From: an uncultured cyanobacterium
GTDB lineage: Bacteria > Cyanobacteriota > Vampirovibrionia > Gastranaerophilales > Gastranaerophilaceae
Direction of reading: 5' to 3'
Assembly: GCA_945487905.1 (NCBI GenBank)
Contig: CALYTW010000001.1
Location: 15,600-79,599 of the forward strand
Length of the DNA stretch: 64,000 nucleotides
Shown here: positions 38,172 through 48,339 of the stretch, in pieces
Position numbering within the stretch: position 1 is the stretch's first letter
How the letters are laid out: each line of letters starts with the position of its first letter
Made by a program: the position numbers and the translations under genes
The notes under the pieces: generated by a model
What the model saw: the letters and a program-made list of their open reading frames with translations, nothing else
Databases searched by the model: none
What the model was told of the DNA's origin: nothing

Positions 38172-39824
38172 TTATTCTATAGGTTCTAAGTTGTTCGGCA
38201 GATTGTTTTTATCTCCTCCGTCTTTATCGCCGTTCTTTTTAACAGGCTCTGCAACATCCGAGATTCTGAACTCATAGCAGTCTGCATTTAATGTTGTTAA
38301 AATAGATTCAGTATCATAATTGCTTTCACCTTCTACTTCCACAAAAGCTTTAGAACCTGACTTACCTGCAAGTCCAAGTCTTTGCAATTTGATTGCGGAA
38401 TTCGGATCATAATCTTTTATATTTCTGAAGAATCCGTAAACGCTTTCCAAATTATCTGCCTGACCTTCAATATCAACATGTTCGCCTATATTGAGCGAGG
38501 TCAGCCACAATTTTTTAGGAATTTCCGTACCGACGATGGTGTAATATGAATACAGATTTTTATTACTTATTAAACCGTCACGAATTTCTTCTGTTTCAGA
38601 GAATTTCTTAGCGGAAATATCCTTGTTTTCTTCCAAGAATTTATTAATTTCTTGAATACTCGTATCGAATTCACGAATTTTTGCTTCTTTGCCGGCATTT
38701 GCTTTGTCGACAAGATAAGTTATACCAAAAGCGATTGCAAGAAGGGAAATAGCAGCTGCTATACCGTATTTCAGCATATTTTCCATCGAAAGCTCAATAC
38801 CTTTGATAACCGGCGGGACTTGACTTGTATATACATCGCCCAAAAGCCCGTTGAACATATTAAGAGGTGCCAAGGAGTTTTTACCGTAATCCTTTCTGAT
38901 TCCGGCACCAATTACGTCTAAAGAAACATTTTTGCAGGTTTCTTCAGTTAAACCGGCGTTCAGATTTAACAGAGGTTCTTTATTAAAGATATTGTCTTCT
39001 TGATGAACAATCTGCGATTTATATTGAAGCTTGTCTGCCAATAGTTTCGCACTGATTATATCGGTTTTTGATACAACATACAGCAATGAAGACGGAGTAT
39101 TTCTAAGCACCGGATTTGCCGCATTAAGGACTGTTGCATAGTTCTCGTCATCACCGAGAACTTTTCCGATGTTAATTCTTTCTTCCATACAGTCAACATA
39201 GCATCTGCCCTGCATAGGAATAATTCTGCAATAGTTACTGTCGACAATAAGCATTACCCAGCTTGTTTCTGGTGCAACTTCAATTCTTCCGCTGTAAATC
39301 AAAGCATTCAGAGTTGAGTTGACGGAAGTATCTATTGCGAGCAATTTGTATTTTAAATCTCTAATTTGAACTGCAATTTCCATTACAAGGCTTTTGTGCA
39401 TAGCAACGTAAGCGATTTTATTAAATTGCAGGGTCGAATTAGGCAAAACGCAGTAGCTATAGCTTGCTTCGCCGGGTTCATTTTGGAATTGAGGAGTTTC
39501 AGCTATTTCATCTTCAATGTTATTGATAATTTGTACCTGATCCATGGAAGCAGGCCAATCCTTAATTTTGAATATTGTTGATGGCAGGTTTAAAACAATC
39601 TCACTGCCCTGAGGTGCACCGATATCAACAAGAGCATCATAGAGAGTTTCTTTGAATATATCCAAATCCAAGCTCATACCCTGCATTTTCGAATCAAAAA
39701 CAAAAGGTTTATTAACGTAATTCAACAAAGTACGAGTTGCATAATCAATTTGTACAACCTCTATGCCCTTATCTGGAGCGAGAGACACTCCGTATAACAT
39801 CTTCTTACTTAACTCTAATCCCAT
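38172..39824 (-). CDS. fused PilM-like (actin-fold ATPase) / PilN-like type IV pilus assembly protein
   Basis: N-terminal ~340 aa are PilM-like (VSLAPDKGIEVVQID). TM is YGIAAAISLLAIAFGITYLV. C-terminus is PilN-like (KLWLTSLNIGEHVDIEGQADNLESVYGFFRNI). Confidence 0.55.
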   Translation of the reverse strand: MGLELSKKMLYGVSLAPDKGIEVVQIDYATRTLLNYVNKPFVFDSKMQGMSLDLDIFKETLYDALVDIGAPQGSEIVLNLPSTIFKIKDWPASMDQVQIINNIEDEIAETPQFQNEPGEASYSYCVLPNSTLQFNKIAYVAMHKSLVMEIAVQIRDLKYKLLAIDTSVNSTLNALIYSGRIEVAPETSWVMLIVDSNYCRIIPMQGRCYVDCMEERINIGKVLGDDENYATVLNAANPVLRNTPSSLLYVVSKTDIISAKLLADKLQYKSQIVHQEDNIFNKEPLLNLNAGLTEETCKNVSLDVIGAGIRKDYGKNSLAPLNMFNGLLGDVYTSQVPPVIKGIELSMENMLKYGIAAAISLLAIAFGITYLVDKANAGKEAKIREFDTSIQEINKFLEENKDISAKKFSETEEIRDGLISNKNLYSYYTIVGTEIPKKLWLTSLNIGEHVDIEGQADNLESVYGFFRNIKDYDPNSAIKLQRLGLAGKSGSKAFVEVEGESNYDTESILTTLNADCYEFRISDVAEPVKKNGDKDGGDKNNLPNNLEPIE

Positions 39825-39927
39825 TGCTATTTCTTCCTATTTTTTTTTATTGTACAATAAAACTCAAATTTTGTATACATTATATTGATGATATTAAATC
39901 AAGCAACACATAAACAAAGGATTTTGT

Positions 39928-40701
39928 ATGGAAGAATCTTTATACATATACGGCAAAAATGCTGTTACTGAGGCTCTCGAAGCGGGGGATAGAGAATTCA
40001 ACAGAATACTTATTTCAGATAATTCACGTTCTGATGAAAAACTTGAACGGATAAAATCTCTGGCAAAATCTTTGGGTATTGTTTTTCAATTTGTTAACAA
40101 AGAGAAGCTGAATCAAATTTCCGAAAATGCCCATCATCAAGGTGTTGTAGCTCAAATTTCTCCGATAAAATATGAGAAGCTTGAAGATTTTATTGAAAAA
40201 AATTCCGGAGAGTTAACTTCTGTAATTATTGCAGACGGCATAGAAGACTCTCACAATCTTGGTGCAATAATACGTTCTGCCGTTTGTGCAGGAGTTAAGG
40301 GCATTGTAATACCTTCCAGAAGGGGGGTTTTGATTAATTCTACCGTTGAAAAAACGAGTGCCGGCGCTATTAACAAAATTTCTGTAATAAAAGCTAACAG
40401 TTTGGTTAATGCCGTTCAGATTCTTAAGAAAAGCAACTACTGGGCAATTGCATCTGATCATCATGCAGAGGACAATTACTTTGATATTGATTATACTGAT
40501 ATGAACTTTGCGCTTATTATGGGAGCGGAACATTCAGGCATATCAAAGTCTTTGCTTAATCTTGCCGATTTCAAAGTAAAAATTCCAATGTTAACAAATT
40601 TTAATTCTTTAAATGTTTCAAATGCAACTGCTATAATATTGTTTGAAAGCGTAAGACAAAAACTGAATTTTGATAAAAAAAGAGGGCGGACTAATGGTTA
40701 A
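39928..40701 (+). CDS. rlmB: 23S rRNA (guanosine-2'-O-)-methyltransferase, SpoU/TrmH family (RlmB-like)
   Basis: YGKNAV.EAL; HHQGVVA; [16 protein letters not shown]; [11 protein letters not shown]; LNVSNATAI. Confidence 0.8.
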   Translation: MEESLYIYGKNAVTEALEAGDREFNRILISDNSRSDEKLERIKSLAKSLGIVFQFVNKEKLNQISENAHHQGVVAQISPIKYEKLEDFIEKNSGELTSVIIADGIEDSHNLGAIIRSAVCAGVKGIVIPSRRGVLINSTVEKTSAGAINKISVIKANSLVNAVQILKKSNYWAIASDHHAEDNYFDIDYTDMNFALIMGAEHSGISKSLLNLADFKVKIPMLTNFNSLNVSNATAIILFESVRQKLNFDKKRGRTNG

Positions 40702-41698
40702 AAGGAAAAATGACATAAACATTTCACTGGATGATATATCTGATGAAGGCGTAGATTTTAACAGCATTGAGCCGATTGATGATTTAGACGATGAAGAAAA
40801 TATTTCTATTGAAGAACCCAAAACTCAGGAGAGCTTAAACTCTGTTAATTCGGATGATTCGGTCAGAATATACCTACAGCAGATAGGAAAAATTCCGCTT
40901 TTATCTGCTGAAGAAGAACTTGAAGTTGCAAAACAGATTTATGAGTCTAAAAGCGAATTTGCGAGAACGGTTCTTATAAATGCAAACTTACGGCTTGTTG
41001 TAAGTATAGCTAAAAAGTATATCGGCAGAGGTTTGTCGTTCCTTGACTTAATACAGGAAGGAAATATGGGACTGATTAGAGCTACTGAGAAATTTGATTA
41101 CACAAAGGGTTACAAATTTTCTACTTATGCAACGTGGTGGATTCAGCAGTCTATAACAAGGGCTATTGCGGATAAAGCAAGAATAATAAGACTTCCGATT
41201 CATTTAATTGAATCGATTAACAAGATTAAGAAAGCTACTATAGATTTGACAACAGAACTGGGCAGAATTCCTGTTAAGCAGGAAATTGCCGACAAACTCG
41301 GAATTTCTGTTTCAAAACTTACTTCAATTATAAAATCTACTCAATCCACAATAAGCATTGACACTCCTACAGGACAAAAAGATGATTCAAACAAAATTAT
41401 TGATTATATTGTTGATGAATCAACACTTGCACCTGAATCGAGAGTTTCTCAGGAGAATCTCCTTGATGATATAAAAATAATGCTTGAACAATTAAGCCAA
41501 AAAGAACGGGACATTCTTATTCTCAGATTCGGGCTTAATAATGACGGCAATAAGAAAACTCTTGATGAAATTGGTTCAATTTACGGCGTTTCAAGAGAAA
41601 GAATCCGTCAGATAGAAAACAGGGCAATTTCTAAACTAAAAAAATTATGCAAGAACAAAAACTTAACATCGGGATTGAAAAACTATTTCGGAGGATAA
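40694..41698 (+). CDS. rpoD: RNA polymerase sigma-70 family factor, group 1/2 (RpoD/SigA-like)
   Basis: [52 protein letters not shown], and region 4 [20 protein letters not shown]. The ATG at 40694 overlaps the rlmB stop. Confidence 0.9.
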   Translation: MVKRKNDINISLDDISDEGVDFNSIEPIDDLDDEENISIEEPKTQESLNSVNSDDSVRIYLQQIGKIPLLSAEEELEVAKQIYESKSEFARTVLINANLRLVVSIAKKYIGRGLSFLDLIQEGNMGLIRATEKFDYTKGYKFSTYATWWIQQSITRAIADKARIIRLPIHLIESINKIKKATIDLTTELGRIPVKQEIADKLGISVSKLTSIIKSTQSTISIDTPTGQKDDSNKIIDYIVDESTLAPESRVSQENLLDDIKIMLEQLSQKERDILILRFGLNNDGNKKTLDEIGSIYGVSRERIRQIENRAISKLKKLCKNKNLTSGLKNYFGG

Positions 41699-41705
41699 AA
41701 GAAAA

Positions 41706-43469
41706 ATGGCTGATATAGATAGGATTAATGAACTGGTTGGAAACAAAGAATTTGCAGAAGCTAAAATATTGATAGAAAAATCTTTGGAGGAATGTCCTGA
41801 TTCTCCTGAAATATTAAAGCTTGCAGGACTTGTATATGTGAACCTTGGATTGTGGACAAATGCGTGCAAAAGCTTTGAATCTGCCGTTAAATACCTTCCT
41901 GATGATGCTACAGCAGTTTTTTATCTTGCAAAATGTTATGAAAATTTGGGGAATTTATCTTCCGCAAAAAGCTTTTATAAAAAAGTGACCGAACTTCGTC
42001 CGGAATTTGAAGAAGCACACATAGGCCTTTGCTTGATATTGCTGAAATTAAAACTAAGTGCTGATGCAATAATTTATTCCGAAAAAGCTTCCAAAATTTT
42101 CCCTGACAATTATCTGTATTATTTTATCAAAGGCACTGCACAAATGGATATAAAAGAGTTTGAACAAGCACTTTTATCATTTGAAACAGCATATCAAAAA
42201 GCACCGGAAAAACCTGAAGTTATAAACACTCTCGGCACTTGTTATATGGCACTCGGAAACTGGCAGAAAGCGATTGAGTCTTATAAAAAAGTTCTTGATT
42301 TTGATCCGGAAAATTCTATGGCATATTTTAATATCGGTTCTGTCTACCAGATAAAACAAAATCACGAAGAAGCGGTTAAGTATTTTGAAAAAGCTGTGGA
42401 ACTGGAGGAAGATGACGAGAGATTTTTGTCCGCTCTTGCAATGTCAGAGGTAAAGATTAAGGATTATCACTGTGCGTTGGAGCATTATAAACAGCTTTCC
42501 GTTCTTTTTCCGAATAAAGAAAACTATAAATACAATATAGTTACCTGTTTTGAGGCGATTCACGACTATCAAACAGCAATTTCCATGCTTGAAGGAATGG
42601 TTTATCTCAATCCGTCTTTTACACTTCCGGCACAAAAACTGGCAAGTCTGTACATAAAAACAAATCAGCTTAATAAAGCCAAAGATATTTACGAAAAAAT
42701 ACTTTTGAAGAATAAAGTCACGGCAGAAACTTTGCATCAATATGCAATATTGTCTTCAACTCTCTGCGACACTGATACGGCAGAAAAAATGCTTAAAAAA
42801 GTTATTAGAATGAATCCCAATATAGCTCATGCACATAAAGATTTGGCTATAATTTATTTAAACAAAAGGCTTTTTGACTATGCTGAAGATGAATTTAAAA
42901 CAGCTATGAAACTTGCCCCGAATGATTTTGAAATAATATTTGAATACGGCAACTATTTATATTCCGTTTCAAAAAATACCGAAGCCGAGCAATATTACGC
43001 AGAGGCAATTGAACTTGAACCCAAAAATATTCTTGCACTCGTGTTTATGGCACTTAATAAATTAATTCTAAACCAGCTTGACGAAGCTTACAATTATGTA
43101 ATGAAAGCTGTTGAAATTGAACCTGACCATGAATATGTGCAATTTTGTGCAGGGAGAATTCTTTATGCAAAAGGCGAATATGAAGAAGCCAAAAGATATC
43201 TTGTAAGAGCGGTTGAAACAAACCCTGATATTGAAACAATGAACACTCTTGCATTAACATATTTTAAACTGGAAGATTACACACAGGCACTTAATGTTTT
43301 TGCATCAATCAATAAAAAATCTCCCAAAAGCATTTCGGTTCTAATGGATATTGCAAGATGCTACGAAGCCTTAGGGGAAAATGACAGCGCTCTGGTACAT
43401 CTGAACAAGGTTGTAGATATTTTTCCTGAAAACGAAGAAGCTCAAGAGATGATTAGAAAACTGTCTTAA
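41706..43469 (+). CDS. TPR repeat protein
   Basis: 587 aa made almost entirely of 34-aa TPR units (A...Y.KA..L.P....A...LG). Confidence 0.8.
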   Translation: MADIDRINELVGNKEFAEAKILIEKSLEECPDSPEILKLAGLVYVNLGLWTNACKSFESAVKYLPDDATAVFYLAKCYENLGNLSSAKSFYKKVTELRPEFEEAHIGLCLILLKLKLSADAIIYSEKASKIFPDNYLYYFIKGTAQMDIKEFEQALLSFETAYQKAPEKPEVINTLGTCYMALGNWQKAIESYKKVLDFDPENSMAYFNIGSVYQIKQNHEEAVKYFEKAVELEEDDERFLSALAMSEVKIKDYHCALEHYKQLSVLFPNKENYKYNIVTCFEAIHDYQTAISMLEGMVYLNPSFTLPAQKLASLYIKTNQLNKAKDIYEKILLKNKVTAETLHQYAILSSTLCDTDTAEKMLKKVIRMNPNIAHAHKDLAIIYLNKRLFDYAEDEFKTAMKLAPNDFEIIFEYGNYLYSVSKNTEAEQYYAEAIELEPKNILALVFMALNKLILNQLDEAYNYVMKAVEIEPDHEYVQFCAGRILYAKGEYEEAKRYLVRAVETNPDIETMNTLALTYFKLEDYTQALNVFASINKKSPKSISVLMDIARCYEALGENDSALVHLNKVVDIFPENEEAQEMIRKLS

Positions 43470-44284
43470 ATATAAGTATCAACATTGTTTCCTATCAGAA
43501 ATTTTGCTGTATGGCGGTCGTAGTAATAGAAAACTGCAACTGATACCCAGCAAATAAAGTAAAAGTTAACAAGTGTCATTACAAAATTTGTAACCATATT
43601 TCCGGCAAAAATTGCCGAAGATAATGACACAATAAAGTTTGCAATAAAAATCAAAAGAAATAATCCGAGTACATTAAAGAAATTTTTGCTGAATATATAT
43701 CGAATCGATATATATAATCCTTTAAAAGGATTTTTCGTACTGAAAAACAATGACGGTATGTAGAAAAACATTAAAAATGAAATTATAATCATTCCGCTCA
43801 TAATAAGCATATTCCATAGATTAATTTTCACAAGCTGTTCTGCTGAAAGCCCTACAAGGAAAGCTTTTAGAGCTGTTTGGTTCGCCATTGCTCTTGATAA
43901 TTCAGCCATATTAATACCTGCATCGCCTATAAAATGCATTCCTAAAGCTAACAAAAACCCGAAAAACAAAAAGTTTATTACACCTGCAAGAATCACAAAT
44001 CCGCATGCCGGCAGAAAATACTCTCCGACACCAGAAGCAAACCCTTTAATAATCATATTCGGATTGTCCGGACTTTCATCTTTTACTGCGGATTTAACCA
44101 TCTGCCCCCATCCGGCTATAAATACCATGCTCATTAAGAACAAAATAATCAGTGCAAATACAACACCAATTGGATTTTTTCCTTGAAGCATAACCGCCAT
44201 ATATATGCTTGATAAAAGTGAAAACAAAATCAGCGGAGTTGCAAGTACTATATATTTATTTGTAAGCTCAAAAAATTTCTTCAT
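43466..44284 (-). CDS. multi-pass integral membrane protein, unknown function
   Basis: 272 aa with about 6 hydrophobic spans. Confidence 0.55.
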   Translation of the reverse strand: MKKFFELTNKYIVLATPLILFSLLSSIYMAVMLQGKNPIGVVFALIILFLMSMVFIAGWGQMVKSAVKDESPDNPNMIIKGFASGVGEYFLPACGFVILAGVINFLFFGFLLALGMHFIGDAGINMAELSRAMANQTALKAFLVGLSAEQLVKINLWNMLIMSGMIIISFLMFFYIPSLFFSTKNPFKGLYISIRYIFSKNFFNVLGLFLLIFIANFIVSLSSAIFAGNMVTNFVMTLVNFYFICWVSVAVFYYYDRHTAKFLIGNNVDTYI

Positions 44285-44313
44285 AAATCAAATATACACT
44301 AATTTTTAGACTT

Positions 44314-45894
44314 TTACAAATTATTCACTTCTTCTGCATCTTTAATAGGATTTCCCATTTTTCTTACACCGAAAACTCCTTCCAGAGTCCCCATAAGAGA
44401 AGGATCTATAATAACGGGTTCGCAGTCTCCCAAAAATGCTTTTACACCCTCAAATCTTCCGAAATGAAGTATTTCGGCTATTGTATTTCTCCCGCACTTC
44501 AGAAGAAATACACTTAACGGAACGTTGTAATCAAGCAAATGCTTGAAAATTCTGACTACTGCAAACGAATCAAAACAAGTATTAAAATGTAACAAGTTGC
44601 TTTGCTCAAAACTATACGAAAAAGATACAATAAGCGTGTCGGTTTTAAGCTTTTTTACAAGTTTTTCAAAGTATTTGCGGTCTTTTTCCGAATATTCTTT
44701 TAAACCAATTACGACTATTTTTTTATATTTTTTTGAATAAAATTGAATATCTATCGAATCGATACATTTTTGAAAATCGTACCCAACCTTCACTGTTTCG
44801 CAGGTTTTACCTTTTTTGAATCCCTTAGCTTCTTCTGCGGAAAGGCTTACAGGTTTATAATTATTGTTTTCTATTTTTATAACGCCTTTGTAAAAATTGA
44901 CATCCGTTGTAAAAAGCCTTCCTCTGTATAGATTTTCTATATTATGCAAAGAATGTTTTGTAAGAATTATAGGTCCCGGAAAGGTTGCAAAATCTATTAA
45001 ACAATTTTCAACACCGTAACCATACTGTCCTTTAAGGTTTTTGTATTCTTTAAACTTAGGGAAAGTATGTGCCGCCATCATTTCGTCATGGGTATAAACA
45101 TCAATATCCGTATCTTTTAAAGATTCCAAAACTGTTTCAAGCTCCCGAATATTAGAACCAACAACAAGTACAGCTTTTGAAGGAGTTGTAGTATATGAAA
45201 CATCGTAGATTCCCTGTTTACCGTATCTGGATTCCTGTGCCTCGTGGAGTTGAAGCATTAATTCAGTATTGCAGGAACAGCCTTCCAAAATAACTTGTTT
45301 AAGTGCTTCTGTGTCCGTATTATTTGCATCTACTGAGCTTATCAGTTTTAATAATGTCTTTAAACCGCTTTGACTCTTTTTATCAAAACTTTTTAAGTCC
45401 ATTAAGTTTATACTTATACTTTTGGCTGTGATAAGGATTATTTTATAAATATCCCGCATTTCTGCGGTCAAGCCGGAAATTCTTTCTCTGAGTATTTCTT
45501 CGCCAAGTTTTATTGTATTTACGAGATTTTCGCATTTTTTGTAAATATCCGATTCATAAAGGTTTTCGCCTTTAAAATCTTCTTTTTCGTATAAATCATT
45601 GTACTTATCTATTGATTCAATAAGAATTTCTTTAAGACTGTCAATACCTTTCATAAAGCATTCTTCGCTGAAATCAGGATTTGAAATGGAGATTTCGGTC
45701 ATATTAATTATACAATCCGCAGTTTCGTCAGACAAAGCTTTCTTTTCCAAAAGCTTTAAACAGTATTTTGCGCACATACACAGATATAAAACAAGTACAT
45801 TCTGCAAGGCTAAAATTCTCGGATTTACGGAGCAGATACCTTTTGAAATACAACTGTTATACTGAAGATTTTCTGAATTTTCTTTCATAAACAC
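44314..45894 (-). CDS. hybrid-cluster-protein (Hcp/prismane) family homolog, divergent, most cluster ligands substituted
   Basis: DVYTHDEMMAAHTFPKFKEYKNLKGQYGYG...FATFPGPIILT aligns with Hcp [30 protein letters not shown]...[11 protein letters not shown]. N-terminal CISKGICS aligns with CSYAQGMCG. GTG start. Confidence 0.6.
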   Translation of the reverse strand: MFMKENSENLQYNSCISKGICSVNPRILALQNVLVLYLCMCAKYCLKLLEKKALSDETADCIINMTEISISNPDFSEECFMKGIDSLKEILIESIDKYNDLYEKEDFKGENLYESDIYKKCENLVNTIKLGEEILRERISGLTAEMRDIYKIILITAKSISINLMDLKSFDKKSQSGLKTLLKLISSVDANNTDTEALKQVILEGCSCNTELMLQLHEAQESRYGKQGIYDVSYTTTPSKAVLVVGSNIRELETVLESLKDTDIDVYTHDEMMAAHTFPKFKEYKNLKGQYGYGVENCLIDFATFPGPIILTKHSLHNIENLYRGRLFTTDVNFYKGVIKIENNNYKPVSLSAEEAKGFKKGKTCETVKVGYDFQKCIDSIDIQFYSKKYKKIVVIGLKEYSEKDRKYFEKLVKKLKTDTLIVSFSYSFEQSNLLHFNTCFDSFAVVRIFKHLLDYNVPLSVFLLKCGRNTIAEILHFGRFEGVKAFLGDCEPVIIDPSLMGTLEGVFGVRKMGNPIKDAEEVNNL

Positions 45895-45985
45895 ATGATA
45901 TAAAACCAGATAAATATTTTAATTCCCCTGAAAGGGAGTTTTGTATCTATTTATGTTATAATTTTTTTAATTTGGAGGGATAAAA

Positions 45986-46816
45986 ATGTTCAGCACCGAA
46001 AACCATTATGAAGTTGTTACTTTTTCAATCGGAGATACAAAAGCCGGTACAAAAATGGGGAAATTGCAGCTAAAAGATACGGAAAACAATGAGATTTTAA
46101 ACTGTATTCTCTGGGAAGAAGCTTTAAACAGAATGGACTCAAAACTTTTCAGGTGCGGAAATATTTTAAGAATTGTTTCCGGTTCGTTTAACGAAAAATT
46201 TAACAATTGTCTTGTATCGGTGCTGGAACTGATAAAAGAAGCTAAAACAGGTCTTGATGAAGCTGAAAGGCTTTCTGTCTATAAGGAATTAGAAGGTTAT
46301 ATTGAAAAAATTAAAGACGAAAAACTCAGAGCATTTGTTGCAGAGAATTATTCAAAAAACAAAGAGCAATTGCTTATTGCTCCAGGTGCTAAATTGATGC
46401 ACCACAACTATATTGGAGGACTTATTGTTCATATTTTAGAATGCCTTAAATATGCAGATGCAAATATGGACGTATTTTTTCAAAAAGTTAACAGAGATGA
46501 AGTTTATTCAGCCTGCCTTTTGCATGATATAGGAAAAGTTTTTGAATACAAGGTTGATTTGGAATCAGGTTTGATTGATTATAACGAAGATTTCAGAAAA
46601 GATTGGATTACACATTCTCAATACGGTTTTTCAATATGTATGAATGCCGGATTTAAGCGTGTTGCAAAAATGATTGCCGCACACCATGCCAGAGCGGATT
46701 GGGGTGCAATCATTGACTTAAACGAAAAAGATTTAGAGCCGATTTTGTATCTTGTACACCACATTGATGATTTATCCGCAAAATTCGGCAAAACCAACGT
46801 AGCCATGCTGGGATAA
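45986..46816 (+). CDS. OB-fold + HD-domain protein (YhaM-like 3'-5' exoribonuclease family)
   Basis: N-terminal OB-like segment (KMGKLQLKD..ILNCILWEE). HD motifs HHNYIGGLIVH and LLHDIGK. Confidence 0.6.
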   Translation: MFSTENHYEVVTFSIGDTKAGTKMGKLQLKDTENNEILNCILWEEALNRMDSKLFRCGNILRIVSGSFNEKFNNCLVSVLELIKEAKTGLDEAERLSVYKELEGYIEKIKDEKLRAFVAENYSKNKEQLLIAPGAKLMHHNYIGGLIVHILECLKYADANMDVFFQKVNRDEVYSACLLHDIGKVFEYKVDLESGLIDYNEDFRKDWITHSQYGFSICMNAGFKRVAKMIAAHHARADWGAIIDLNEKDLEPILYLVHHIDDLSAKFGKTNVAMLG

Positions 46817-46915
46817 ATTTATTCAATTACATATTAAGAATATATAAGGATTTTGAGAGAGTTTCAAAATTTATATTATACTTAGAGAGTTAAATAGATT
46901 TATCGGAGGAAAAGT

Positions 46916-47752
46916 ATGTCAAATATGATTATGGAAAAAGCTTCAATACATCCTTCAGCAGTGATTCATCCCTCTGCTGAAATTGGAGAAGGTGTCATTA
47001 TAGGCCCGAATGTTGTAATCGGAGAAGATGTTAAAATCGGAAACGGTACAAGAATTATTGCAAATGCATACATAGAATATACCGAAATCGGAGAAAATTG
47101 TACAATATCTCCATTCTCAACAATAGGTTCCGAACCGCAGGATTTAGGATATAAGGGAGAGAAAACCAAAGTTGTAATCGGAAATGACACAATTATAAAA
47201 GAAAATGTAACAATACACAGAGGCGCAGCCTGTGGAGATTTTACAACCAGAATCGGAAATAAATGTTTGCTTATGGTTGGTTCACATGTTGCTCACAACT
47301 GCGTGCTTGCAGATCAGGTTATTTTGGCTAATTTGGTAACTTTAGGAGGACATGTTCATGTTGGCTTTGGAGCATTTGTTGGCGGCATGAGTGTTTTCCA
47401 CCAAAATATAAGAATCGGAGATATGGCTATTATAAGCGGGTTCTCTGCTTCTCGTCAGGATATCCTTCCTTACTCAAAAGGAGAAGGCAGACCGCCTGTT
47501 CCTAGAGGACTTAATGTCGTAGCCTTGAAACGCAGAGGTGTTTCTCAAGAAGTAAGAAATAACATGAATTTGGCTTTTAAATATTTAATTTCCGAAGAAT
47601 ATAATACTTCTCAAGCAATTGAAAAAATTAAATCAGAAATTCCTATGAACGAATACATTGAAAATATGATTGAATTTATTCAGTCTTCAAAGAGAGGTGT
47701 GCTTTTAAAATCACATAAATCAGGCTATCAATCACTTGATAATGAAGAATAA
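46916..47752 (+). CDS. lpxA: acyl-ACP--UDP-N-acetylglucosamine O-acyltransferase
   Basis: Hexapeptide repeats IHPSAVIHPSAEIGEGVIIGPNVVIGEDVKIG; HVAHNCVL..LANLVTLGGHV; C-terminal helical GLNVVALKRRG. Confidence 0.9.
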   Translation: MSNMIMEKASIHPSAVIHPSAEIGEGVIIGPNVVIGEDVKIGNGTRIIANAYIEYTEIGENCTISPFSTIGSEPQDLGYKGEKTKVVIGNDTIIKENVTIHRGAACGDFTTRIGNKCLLMVGSHVAHNCVLADQVILANLVTLGGHVHVGFGAFVGGMSVFHQNIRIGDMAIISGFSASRQDILPYSKGEGRPPVPRGLNVVALKRRGVSQEVRNNMNLAFKYLISEEYNTSQAIEKIKSEIPMNEYIENMIEFIQSSKRGVLLKSHKSGYQSLDNEE

Positions 47753-47762
47753 AAAACAAAGA

Positions 47763-47791
47763 GGGGCGGGAGGTTTTTAACCTCCCGCCCC
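47763..47791. terminator. bidirectional intrinsic terminator between convergent genes
   Basis: GGGGCGGGAGGTT-TTT-AACCTCCCGCCCC, followed by a T-rich tail. Confidence 0.85.
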
Positions 47792-47814
47792 ATTTTCTAT
47801 ACTTAACATAGGAC

Positions 47815-48336
47815 TTATTTATTATTTCTTAAAAAAGAAATTTGCTTTCCCCCGTAGTTTTTGGTTTTAATAAGCTCATACGAGCCTGTGTTAATATTTT
47901 CTGAATGTTCTGCTATTATAATTTCTGCTTTGCCTTTTAATAAACCAAATACTTCCTCATAGATTCCGCTCATATAAGGCGGATCTACATATACAACATC
48001 AAATCGTTGTCCGATTTTTTCAATCAACTTTAAACTGTCTCCGACCAAGAGATTCAGAGTCAAGTTTAAAGCGGAGTAATTTTTTTTGATAACATTTACC
48101 GCTTTCGGATTTTTTTCGAAAACTGTTACATTAGAAAAACCTCTTGATAAAGCTTCCAAACCCATAAGCCCAGAACCGCCGAACATATCAAGAAAAGACT
48201 TTCCTTCAAAATCGCCTATTAGTGAATACAGAGTATTAAAAACACCCATTCTAACCTTTGAAAGCGTTGGTCTGGTAATGCTTTCATCCGGTGCGGATAT
48301 TTTTCTCCCCTTATATTTTCCCCCTGTAATTATCAT
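47815..48336 (-). CDS. rsmD: 16S rRNA (guanine966-N2)-methyltransferase
   Basis: IITGGKYKGRKI, RPT..KVR..VFN, FLDMFGGSGLMGLEALSRG, VYVDPPY. Confidence 0.85.
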   Translation of the reverse strand: MIITGGKYKGRKISAPDESITRPTLSKVRMGVFNTLYSLIGDFEGKSFLDMFGGSGLMGLEALSRGFSNVTVFEKNPKAVNVIKKNYSALNLTLNLLVGDSLKLIEKIGQRFDVVYVDPPYMSGIYEEVFGLLKGKAEIIIAEHSENINTGSYELIKTKNYGGKQISFLRNNK

Positions 48337-48339
48337 TTA

